A stretch of 64,000 bases of DNA from Hyphomicrobium sp. (GTDB lineage: Bacteria; Pseudomonadota; Alphaproteobacteria; Rhizobiales; Hyphomicrobiaceae), in contig JBAZYB010000001.1 of assembly GCA_041659545.1 (NCBI GenBank), forward strand, positions 119,510-183,509. The letters are read 5' to 3'. The notes under the pieces are model-generated. The model made no database searches and was not told the DNA's origin. It saw nothing but the letters and a program-made list of their open reading frames with translations. Numbering within the stretch: position 1 is the first letter of the stretch; each line of letters opens with the position of its first letter. Made by a program: the position numbers and the translations under genes. This document shows positions 45,752 to 54,046 of the stretch, piece after piece.

Positions 45752-47337
45752 ACGCCAATCGGCCGTCACACATTGCGGACGTCTATTTTCGGGTCGAGGC
45801 CGGATGTCCACCCTTGACAATGCCGCTCGACGCGGTCTTGAGAATGCGGGCTGAACGAACGGGGTCCGATCCGTTTCTCGAGTTTGGTAGGGCACCGCAC
45901 AAGGGACTGACAATTTCCTGGTCCGAACTCGACGAACGCGCTGACGCTGCCGCCGGTGTGTTTGCGATGAGGGGCATCTCAACCCATGATCGGGTCGGCG
46001 TCGTCCTCGAGGACACTCCGGAGTGCTTGGCAGCGATCATCGGGTTGTGGCGATTGCGTGCCGTTCTCGTTCCGATCGACCGTCGCTGGGGGACCCAAAC
46101 CACGCAAACGATCTGCGCCCATGCGGGCATGCGCGCGATTGTCGCCGCCGGGGATTTTATCGCCCGGCTGGGAGCTGACCTCGGGGATGCTCTCAGGATT
46201 GACGTCGAGGAGGTCGAAGGCCATCGCGGCGAGCGCCGACAACTGCTGAGCCGTCCAGAAGATGTCGCGATCATCGCGTATACCTCGGGAACGACGTCCA
46301 GCCCCAAAGGCGTCGTGATTCGGCATTCGCAACTGCGCTGGGCGTACAGCATTGCCCGACGTCACCTATTTGCCGGCGAACCGCCGCGCCGGTTCGGGAA
46401 TGTCTTCCGCATGGGTGGGCTTGGCGTTCTTGGTCTGAACTATTTGTTCCCGCTGGAGTGTGGTTCGGCGGTCGTAGCCTTGCCCGAGCTTTCTATCGAG
46501 ACCGCCGCGACGCTATGGCGAGATGTGGATGAAGCGCAGGTGGACTTTCTCTACCTGGTACCAACGCTGGTCCAGGTGGTCGTCCGGTTGTCACGGGCGG
46601 TATCGCCGTCAGCGCGAGTCGATTGCGTCACCGGTGCGGCGCCGATCTCGCCCGAGCTTCACGACTCCTTTCATAACCGCTTTGGCCATCGGCTGCGGAA
46701 TATTTACGGAATCAGCGAAGCCAGTTTTGGTGTGTTCTATGGCGCCTACGATGGAACGGATCGCGGTGCATGGCACTTGGGGAAGCCGGCGACGCCAATC
46801 ACGGTGCGTCTGCGCGCGCCGGACGGCGGTCTGATCGAAGGGCCAGGCGCAGGCGAACTCGAAGTGAATGGCCCAGTACTGTCAGACGGCTATTGGCGCA
46901 ACGAGGCCGCGACGCACGAGCGGTTTGTCGATGGATGGCTCCGGACTGGTGATGTCGCGGCCCGCGATGCTGAGGGCAACTACACGATTGTGGGACGTCT
47001 GAAAGACGTAGTTATCAGGGGGGGATTCAACATCCACCTGGACGAAGTTGATCAGACGCTGGCCAGCCATCCGCAGGTGCTCGGCGCCTGCGCCATCGGT
47101 ACCGATACCGCCGGCGTGGACGAGGGACTATCCGCTCTGGTCCATACCGCCGCCGGCGCGCCAGTGACTGCCGGCGACCTGGCTGACTGGTGCCGCCAGC
47201 GATTGGGACCAGCGAAGACGCCTTCGCCGATAATCCTGACTCACGATCCGCTGCCACAGAACAGTTCAGGGAAAGTGGTGCGCCGAGATGTTGCGGCGTT
47301 GGTGCGAGCCTTGTCCGCTCCAGGAAGGGGCTTCTAG
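45748..47337 (+). CDS. AMP-dependent (ANL superfamily) ligase 2
   Basis: IAYTSGTTSSPKGVVIRH, NIYGISEA, LRTGDVA and LPQNSSGKVVRRDV. ATGA overlap upstream. Confidence 0.85.
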   Translation: MNANRPSHIADVYFRVEAGCPPLTMPLDAVLRMRAERTGSDPFLEFGRAPHKGLTISWSELDERADAAAGVFAMRGISTHDRVGVVLEDTPECLAAIIGLWRLRAVLVPIDRRWGTQTTQTICAHAGMRAIVAAGDFIARLGADLGDALRIDVEEVEGHRGERRQLLSRPEDVAIIAYTSGTTSSPKGVVIRHSQLRWAYSIARRHLFAGEPPRRFGNVFRMGGLGVLGLNYLFPLECGSAVVALPELSIETAATLWRDVDEAQVDFLYLVPTLVQVVVRLSRAVSPSARVDCVTGAAPISPELHDSFHNRFGHRLRNIYGISEASFGVFYGAYDGTDRGAWHLGKPATPITVRLRAPDGGLIEGPGAGELEVNGPVLSDGYWRNEAATHERFVDGWLRTGDVAARDAEGNYTIVGRLKDVVIRGGFNIHLDEVDQTLASHPQVLGACAIGTDTAGVDEGLSALVHTAAGAPVTAGDLADWCRQRLGPAKTPSPIILTHDPLPQNSSGKVVRRDVAALVRALSAPGRGF

Positions 47338-48161
47338 TGTTCAACGAGAGTTTCCTGAGCAGCATTGCCGATCTCGCGTCACCACGGATGGGCACCGAGG
47401 GCATGGGACCCTTCCTGTACAGTCTCGTCCGCATGCTTCGCCCCCGGTCCGTCCTCGAGGTAGGTATCGGCTATTCGACTCCCTTCATCCTGAAGGCCCT
47501 GGATGACAACGTCAGCGAGATTGAGCGCGAACTTAACTTGGTGCCGGACAAGAACCGCCTGTTGTCTCCGGACGCTTTGTCTGGCACGGCGGTGACCGAT
47601 GCATTGAATTCCGTTGACAAGGCGACCAAGGTGCGATGGCTGGTCGCCGCGCCGCCACTGGCTGATCCGGCATTCTATGAGGCGCCCTATCGCCCCAGCC
47701 TGACCGCCATCGACGACCTGTCGAGTCCGCACGCCACGGCACGAAAGCTGAAGGACCGCGTCGAGTCTCTGCCCGGCGCCCAGTACCTGAACGTCGTCAA
47801 GGGGTCATTCCGCGGTCAAGGGGCCGCCATCGCCTCGGCCGCCGGCGGATTGGACTTCATGTGGTTCGATTGCGGTGGACACCGTGAATATCGGGACTTT
47901 CTCGATGAGTACTGGCCGTTGCTTGACGCGAACGGCGGCACCCTTCTTCTTCACTACACACTCACCAACCTCACCATCGGCAGCATCGTTAAAGATCTAA
48001 AGATCAAGCAAGCGACGACTGGATTCTCGGATTTCGAGCTATTGAGCCTTCGCGAACCCCACAAGATGATGCAGAACAGCGTCTCGGTTGTGCGCAAGAC
48101 CTCAGGGTTCCGCGACCGCATCTATTACGAGATCCGAGACGTCAGCCTCGAATCAGACTAG
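47337..48161 (+). CDS. Class I methyltransferase-fold protein (O-methyltransferase family 3 / Methyltransf_24-like)
   Basis: VLEVGIGYSTPFILKAL and FMWFDCGGHREYRDFLDEYWPLLDANGGTLLLHYT. GTG 47337 overlaps the upstream TAG by 1 nt. Confidence 0.6.
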   Translation: MFNESFLSSIADLASPRMGTEGMGPFLYSLVRMLRPRSVLEVGIGYSTPFILKALDDNVSEIERELNLVPDKNRLLSPDALSGTAVTDALNSVDKATKVRWLVAAPPLADPAFYEAPYRPSLTAIDDLSSPHATARKLKDRVESLPGAQYLNVVKGSFRGQGAAIASAAGGLDFMWFDCGGHREYRDFLDEYWPLLDANGGTLLLHYTLTNLTIGSIVKDLKIKQATTGFSDFELLSLREPHKMMQNSVSVVRKTSGFRDRIYYEIRDVSLESD

Positions 48162-48226
48162 TCCTCTCCGGCGGCTCGTCTTATCGCAATCGAGTCCACG
48201 CCCCGACAACAATTCAGAGGTGACCC

Positions 48227-50413
48227 GTGCGAGTGCAGCTGATGTACGCGCCTACCGCCGACCCCACGTGCCCGTGGGGCAGCCTGTATATGCTGAAGGG
48301 CTATCTCAACGATCGGACGGATCACGAGGTGACCGTGCGCGACCTGAACATCGAGTGGTTGCACTACATGTTCGAAGCGGGATCGCTGACGAGAGCGCAG
48401 GGGGTGATCGAGGGCCGCTTGGCTGAACTGGAGAACAAGTCCCGATTGGAGCCCATGGAGCAGTTTGCTTATACCAGGCTTCTGCAACCGATTGCGATGC
48501 CGACCGCTAGCGTTCTGGCTGAGGCGGTCTCCATCCTGCAATCCGGTGATCGATTCTACGACGTCGACGAGTATTTCGACGCGATGACGGCCCTGAAGCA
48601 ATGGGAAAGGGCAATGTCGCGAATCTCGTTCCCCGGAGTTTTCGACAAGTTCAGCCGCTACGGCATGGGGCCGTTTCTTAATCCGACCAGCGCCGCGGAC
48701 ATCGTTTGCGCCACCTCGGATGCCCAGTTGGGTTTCTTCTCATCCTTCCTGGACGAGCGAGTGCTTCCCGGTATGTCAAAGGTGCCGCCGGATGTGGTCG
48801 GGATCTCGATACCTTTCCGATTCCAGCTCTGGCACGCGGTTGCTCTTGCTCGAGCATTGCGTGCTCGGTTTCCCGCGACCAAGTTGGTTGTCGGTGGCAC
48901 TGCCCTGCAACTACAGAAGTATGCGCAACTGCACGGTCGTCACGACGGCCTCTACGAGTTTTTCAAGCTGTTCGACGCCGTGGTGGTTGGTGAGGGCGAA
49001 GAACCGCTTTGCGAACTGCTGGCGCTTTGGGAGCGAGGCGGCACTGTGAGCCGCGCGCTCCCGCAGGCAGGAAAGGGCGCGACGACCACAATGCCGAACG
49101 TGCTAGTAGTCGATCCTCATCGACCGATCGTCTATGCGCCACCGTCATTCAGATATCACGACCTGAACGCCTTGTCGGTGCCTGACTATTCAGACGTGAG
49201 ATGGGATCTCTATCTGTCGCCGGAACCGGTCCTCACTTACTCACCGACGCGGGGATGCTACTGGGACCGATGCACATTCTGCGAGATTGGCCTGGCCACC
49301 GATCGCCCGACTGCTCCTTCTCGCGAACGAACCCCGGACCGCGTGATCGAAGACCTAAAGGTCCTGCGCAAGATCGGCCGCCACATCTACTGGTCGGTCG
49401 ATGCCATTCGACCCGCTTGGCTGGTCCAGGTCTCGAGAGGCATCGCGGCCGCAGGGCTGGACGTCCTATGGGGAGCCGAAGTGCGACTTGACCGGATGTA
49501 TACCGACGAGGAGGTGGCGGTGCTCAAGAAGGGCGGATGCCTTGCCATCTCTGTTGGCCTGGAGACAGGCTCGAATCGCCTGCTTAAGCTGATGGATAAG
49601 GGGACGACGACCGAGCGCTACGGTACAACGCTAGCGCGCCTGCGGTCGGCGGGAATCGGTGTATATCCGATGACATTCATCGGCTTCCCAACCGAGACCA
49701 TTGACGAGGCCAATCAGACGATCGATTTCCTCGAACAGCACGCGGACGAACTGGCGATGCTCGCGATGCCCGCCACCTTCTACCTCGAAGGGAACGCGAT
49801 CATCACACAGAAGCCGGAACAGTACTCGCTGAGGCGCCTGGAGCGGTTCAAGAACCTCGACGCTCCTAATGGCTGGTACTGGGAGGGACCCGAGCGATGG
49901 CCGATTGGGGAGCAACGACAGCTCATGGCTCGACTCGTCGAGACATCGACACAGATCATGGGTCTGTTGGATCGGCCATTCCTCGGCGGGGTCGACACTC
50001 CTCACAGTGCCTTATATCTGGAACGCCACGGTCTGACTGCGATCAAGACGGCTTCGGCCCGGTTCAAGAGCCGTGTCAAGGAACGGCCAGCACTCGCCTC
50101 ACGGAACCGCGTAGCGTCGCCGTTCGATCTCGAGGAGATTCGAGCAAATGTGTGGCGCCTGATCGACTTACTCGAAGAGGAGTATCGAGAGGGGCTGTGC
50201 GCGAGCGGGGAAATCACCGTGCCGCTGTTGGCATCCCTGCCGAGTGTTGCACGCCAGCAGGTGCGATACCAGGACCTCGATGCTGACATTCAAACGCCTC
50301 TCGATCAGTGGCTGGACATCAACTTCTCCCGCGACCGGTCCCGTGATGAGCCGATGTACACGCAGTATCGACCCGCCGCGCACAGTGGCGCGGAGGTAGT
50401 CCGCTCCAGCTGA
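48227..50413 (+). CDS. Cobalamin-binding-domain radical SAM enzyme of a different subtype, with a CX4CX2C cysteine motif
   Basis: 728 aa. B12-like region DVVGISIPFRFQLWHAVALARALRARFPATKLVVGGTAL. The cluster motif TRGCYWDRCTFCEIG was read directly from nt 49249-49293. GTG start. Confidence 0.8.
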   Translation: MRVQLMYAPTADPTCPWGSLYMLKGYLNDRTDHEVTVRDLNIEWLHYMFEAGSLTRAQGVIEGRLAELENKSRLEPMEQFAYTRLLQPIAMPTASVLAEAVSILQSGDRFYDVDEYFDAMTALKQWERAMSRISFPGVFDKFSRYGMGPFLNPTSAADIVCATSDAQLGFFSSFLDERVLPGMSKVPPDVVGISIPFRFQLWHAVALARALRARFPATKLVVGGTALQLQKYAQLHGRHDGLYEFFKLFDAVVVGEGEEPLCELLALWERGGTVSRALPQAGKGATTTMPNVLVVDPHRPIVYAPPSFRYHDLNALSVPDYSDVRWDLYLSPEPVLTYSPTRGCYWDRCTFCEIGLATDRPTAPSRERTPDRVIEDLKVLRKIGRHIYWSVDAIRPAWLVQVSRGIAAAGLDVLWGAEVRLDRMYTDEEVAVLKKGGCLAISVGLETGSNRLLKLMDKGTTTERYGTTLARLRSAGIGVYPMTFIGFPTETIDEANQTIDFLEQHADELAMLAMPATFYLEGNAIITQKPEQYSLRRLERFKNLDAPNGWYWEGPERWPIGEQRQLMARLVETSTQIMGLLDRPFLGGVDTPHSALYLERHGLTAIKTASARFKSRVKERPALASRNRVASPFDLEEIRANVWRLIDLLEEEYREGLCASGEITVPLLASLPSVARQQVRYQDLDADIQTPLDQWLDINFSRDRSRDEPMYTQYRPAAHSGAEVVRSS

Positions 50414-50472
50414 TTCGCCGCAGTGGCCAGACCGCTGCCGTCTATTTCAACTCCGCGACTATAAGGTGACGC

Positions 50473-52437
50473 ATGACTGCACAGAAGAGACACGTCGCTC
50501 TGTTCGAGTTCTCCGTGTGGGATAGGATGGTGCCCCTCGTAAGCGGCTTGCTGGAGGCTGGTGCGTGCGCCCGGCCGGAATTGCGAGACAGCTACCGGTT
50601 CTCGAAGTACAGCACCAGCACCGGCGCCGCTGCCATTGATCGCGTCATCGACGTCGAGGCCGACGTCTATGCTTTCTCTTGCTACGTCTGGAACACCGGA
50701 TTGGTGCGACGGATTCTTCCGGCGGTGTTGGAGCAACGGCCGCACGCAAGGATTTTGCTGGGTGGTCCGCAAGTAATGAACAAGGCCGCCTCGTATCTGC
50801 CAAAGGATTGCGAGAGAACCGCCGTGTGCAATGGGGAGGGCGAGATTACGTTCTCGAACTACCTTGCCGAACTCCTGAATGAAGAACCAGACCTTGGTCG
50901 GGTCAATGGACTGAGTTTCTACCGGGATGGGACTCTCATCGACACACCCAAGCAGGATCGAATCGCGGACCTAGACAGCTATCCGTCTCCTTACCTTGCG
51001 GGCTGCTTCACCGGCCAGCGGTTCGTCTATGGCGTCATCGAGACGAATCGTGGTTGCCCCTTTAAGTGCACTTATTGTTACTGGGGTGCTTCGACTAACA
51101 GCAAGGTACGGAAGCAGTCCGAAGACCGCGTGTTTCAGGAACTTGAGTGGCTGAGCCAGCAGAAAACACACATGATCCTCATCGCCGACGCCAACTTTGG
51201 CATGTTGAAGCGTGATCAGGACATTGCCGCCCATATCGTCGCTTGTAAGTCGAAGTACGGGTTTCCGATGACCGTCTCGTTCAGCGCGTCGAAGAATACT
51301 CCAGACAAGAACGCGGAGTTGGTCAAGGTCCTGGCGGATTCCGGTCTCTTGAGCACACTACCGATTGCCATTCAGTCGACCAATCCGGAGGTGCTCAAGA
51401 ACGTCGATCGCAGCAATATTTCTTCCGCGGGGTACATTCAGCTGCAGAACGCCGTCAATGAACGTGGGCAGAGCTCCTATGTCGAGCTGATCTGGCCGTT
51501 GCCAGGCGAAACCCTTTCCTCCTTCCGCGCCGGAATCGAAGACTTGTTCCGCCAGGGCGCGAGTACTTTCAATGCCCATCCGCTGATGCTCATCAACAAT
51601 GTTGAGATGGACGACCATCGTGAGCGCTTCGGCTTGGTCACCGTGCCGGACCAGGATCCGAACAGCGAGGCGAGTCTCGTCGTGTCCACCGCGTCGGTGT
51701 CTGCCGGTGAGTACCTCGATGGCCTGCGGTACATGTGCCATGTGACGGCCTTGCTCAGCTGTCGCGGGCTGGCGCATTCGGCGAAGTGGCTCGACCAGCG
51801 GCAGCAACTCTCGTTGGGGCAACTGTTCGCTCGGTTTGACGACTTCTGCCTTGCCCGGCCGGATCATCCCTACACGGCGCACGTCGGCACTGCGACATCG
51901 GGTGACGGCGCCTACAGTTTCGCCATGCTGGGGTCGGTCTTCCATCTCACCTGTGGCGCGTTGATTCGAGAGTTCGACCAATTGCTTCATGAGTTCGTGC
52001 AGACTCTAGAGCAGTGGTCTGATCCTCGACTGCGCGCACTTTTTGCTCTTGACCTATTGAATCGGCCGTACGCGTACCGGAACACACGAATCGTCGAACG
52101 GGGCGGCCTGCTTCAGGGATTCAATTGCCGCCCTCTCGCAAAGAATGACCGGGCGCAGGTCGAAGTGCCTCCAGCCTATGTCGCACTCATTGCGGAGGCT
52201 TTGGGCGTGCCGGAGGCTGGAAGGTGCGCTGTTTACGAGGTGTCTTACAAGTCCGAGCAGTATCCGTATGTGGCCGGCAAGAAGGAGCTCGACTACCACA
52301 CCTATTGCACTGGGATGCTGTTACGTATGAACGCCGTGGCAGCCCGCTGGACACCCTTGGGGCAATCCCGCGAGTTCTCAATTTCGAGCGATGTCAGCCG
52401 AATCGGCGTCCCCTCCGAATCGGCGGTCACTGAATAG
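50473..52437 (+). CDS. Cobalamin-binding-domain radical SAM enzyme, paralog 3
   Basis: VALFEFSVWDRMVPLVSGLLEAG, DVYAFSCYVWN and NRGCPFKCTYCYWG. 654 aa. Confidence 0.85.
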   Translation: MTAQKRHVALFEFSVWDRMVPLVSGLLEAGACARPELRDSYRFSKYSTSTGAAAIDRVIDVEADVYAFSCYVWNTGLVRRILPAVLEQRPHARILLGGPQVMNKAASYLPKDCERTAVCNGEGEITFSNYLAELLNEEPDLGRVNGLSFYRDGTLIDTPKQDRIADLDSYPSPYLAGCFTGQRFVYGVIETNRGCPFKCTYCYWGASTNSKVRKQSEDRVFQELEWLSQQKTHMILIADANFGMLKRDQDIAAHIVACKSKYGFPMTVSFSASKNTPDKNAELVKVLADSGLLSTLPIAIQSTNPEVLKNVDRSNISSAGYIQLQNAVNERGQSSYVELIWPLPGETLSSFRAGIEDLFRQGASTFNAHPLMLINNVEMDDHRERFGLVTVPDQDPNSEASLVVSTASVSAGEYLDGLRYMCHVTALLSCRGLAHSAKWLDQRQQLSLGQLFARFDDFCLARPDHPYTAHVGTATSGDGAYSFAMLGSVFHLTCGALIREFDQLLHEFVQTLEQWSDPRLRALFALDLLNRPYAYRNTRIVERGGLLQGFNCRPLAKNDRAQVEVPPAYVALIAEALGVPEAGRCAVYEVSYKSEQYPYVAGKKELDYHTYCTGMLLRMNAVAARWTPLGQSREFSISSDVSRIGVPSESAVTE

Positions 52438-52471
52438 GGCCTCCGGCCGTTTCCCAGCGAAGTGAGTCGCC

Positions 52472-53323
52472 ATGCCAGTGCCACGCGTTGAACGTTTTGA
52501 CAAGAGCTCGAGGGACGGCACCTTACTGAAGTGCTGCCGAATCGGCGTCGGTAGTCCTCTCGTCGTTGCTAACCCGATCGGTATCCACCCTGATGCTTGG
52601 ATGCCTGTCGCCGCAGAACTCGACGGCCAGTTTTGCCTTCTGCTTTGGGAGGGACGCGGGTTGGGCAGTTCCGCCTATCCTGTCAACCCTGCTGCCATGG
52701 AAGTGACGGACCATGCCGCGGACTTGCGGGCCGTCGCATCCACTTGCGGGAGTTCTCCGTTCGGGTTGATCGCATTTTGCTCTGCCGCGCTGGTCGCGTG
52801 TGAGGCACTTCAGGACAGAGCGTTTGCTCCCCATCGCGTGATGTTCATCAGTGCCCCGTTGGCTCAAAGGCCTCAGGACCAGGTAATTCTCCGGTTCTTG
52901 AAGAGGGTGGCGAGCGAAAAGAACGGATGGCGCGGAATGGCGGAGATCTGCCAGGCGTTCGTGCCCGATGAATTCAGAAGCGGAGTTGCGGCGATGTTCG
53001 AACAAAAGCGCGGTGCCGATGCGTTCATGAGGACCATCGAGAGCTATGTTCGCTACCGGCCTAGTCCTGCGTTCTCCACCGCGCCGCTATGGCTGGCTCT
53101 CGCTGAGTCCGACGATGCAGCAACGAGAACTGGAAACGAGATCTTTCTGAAGGCGAGGCGTGACCCTCGCGACCGCATGGTGACATTGCCTGGAAAGCGT
53201 TATGCGTCGCTGGTCAGACCGGCAGAATTCGCAAGAATGCTAGCAGAATGGTGGCAAGAGGGCGTCACCGTGCCGCCTGACGTCTTACAGTCGGTCCAGA
53301 AGATCGGCGGTCACTTCGGGTGA
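52472..53323 (+). CDS. Alpha/beta-hydrolase-fold protein with Cys at the nucleophile elbow
   Basis: VVANPIGIHPDAWMPVAAELDGQFCLLLWEGRG and FGLIAFCSAALVA. It is a paralog of the C-terminal domain of 42021..44021. Confidence 0.65.
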   Translation: MPVPRVERFDKSSRDGTLLKCCRIGVGSPLVVANPIGIHPDAWMPVAAELDGQFCLLLWEGRGLGSSAYPVNPAAMEVTDHAADLRAVASTCGSSPFGLIAFCSAALVACEALQDRAFAPHRVMFISAPLAQRPQDQVILRFLKRVASEKNGWRGMAEICQAFVPDEFRSGVAAMFEQKRGADAFMRTIESYVRYRPSPAFSTAPLWLALAESDDAATRTGNEIFLKARRDPRDRMVTLPGKRYASLVRPAEFARMLAEWWQEGVTVPPDVLQSVQKIGGHFG

Positions 53324-53902
53324 GGTTCTGGCGGCGTCCAGCGTCGTCCAGTTGTCCCTTGCCGACCATAGATCCAGTTGAGCTGTTATCTTGCGTTGAT
53401 GGCTCAAGAAGCTACCGTAGCTACAAGTCGCGTCCATTCCGCATTCATAGGGAACGACTTGGCCTCGCTGCTTGCGAGACCAAGCTAGATCAGGATCTAG
53501 CCTCAGATAGAACACCCGATCCGGCCGACGCAGTCCAGCCACGACATTCTCGGTCCATGTGGCGTCGAGGCCATAGGCAATCTCGCTGGCAGCATGCTTC
53601 ATCCAATAGCCGTCCATAACGAACACGTGCGACCTGTGTGACTCTGCACGAGTCACGGCCAAGGAGATGGTCCACATCAAGAACAGGAAACGCGGCACCT
53701 GCCGCATCTCGATCAAGCCTTCGCGAATTTCTCCGCTCTGGGCCCTCAAGAACGTGGCAGTCGGATAATGGCCCGGGTTGTTGAGGATATCCCAGCGGTC
53801 CAATACCGTGGCGTGTGTGCCGCGCTGACGCAGCTCCGCAGTGAGTGCGGCGGCCGCAGTCGATTTGCCGGCACCATCACTTCCGACAATTGCAATCAGC
53901 AT
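53285..53902 (-). CDS. P-loop kinase of the thymidylate-kinase fold family
   Basis: MLIAIVGSDGAGKSTAAAAL (Walker A) and VFVMDGYWMKHAASEIAYG (the DRY-like region, diverged). It is the only minus-strand gene inside the cluster and overlaps the convergent hydrolase gene by 39 nt. The start is uncertain (up to 53965). Confidence 0.6.
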   Translation of the reverse strand: MLIAIVGSDGAGKSTAAAALTAELRQRGTHATVLDRWDILNNPGHYPTATFLRAQSGEIREGLIEMRQVPRFLFLMWTISLAVTRAESHRSHVFVMDGYWMKHAASEIAYGLDATWTENVVAGLRRPDRVFYLRLDPDLAWSRKQRGQVVPYECGMDATCSYGSFLSHQRKITAQLDLWSARDNWTTLDAARTSPEVTADLLDRL

Positions 53903-54046
53903 AGTCGAGTCGCGCAACACCGCCGGCTCGTGAGTGCAGCCGGCCATTGAAGTGTATAGCGTCAACCCTACGACAGTCGACCTGACAGGAAGTACGTCAT
54001 TCTATGTCGTTCGTGACCGCACCTGGCCAGCTGTGACTCTCGCTTA

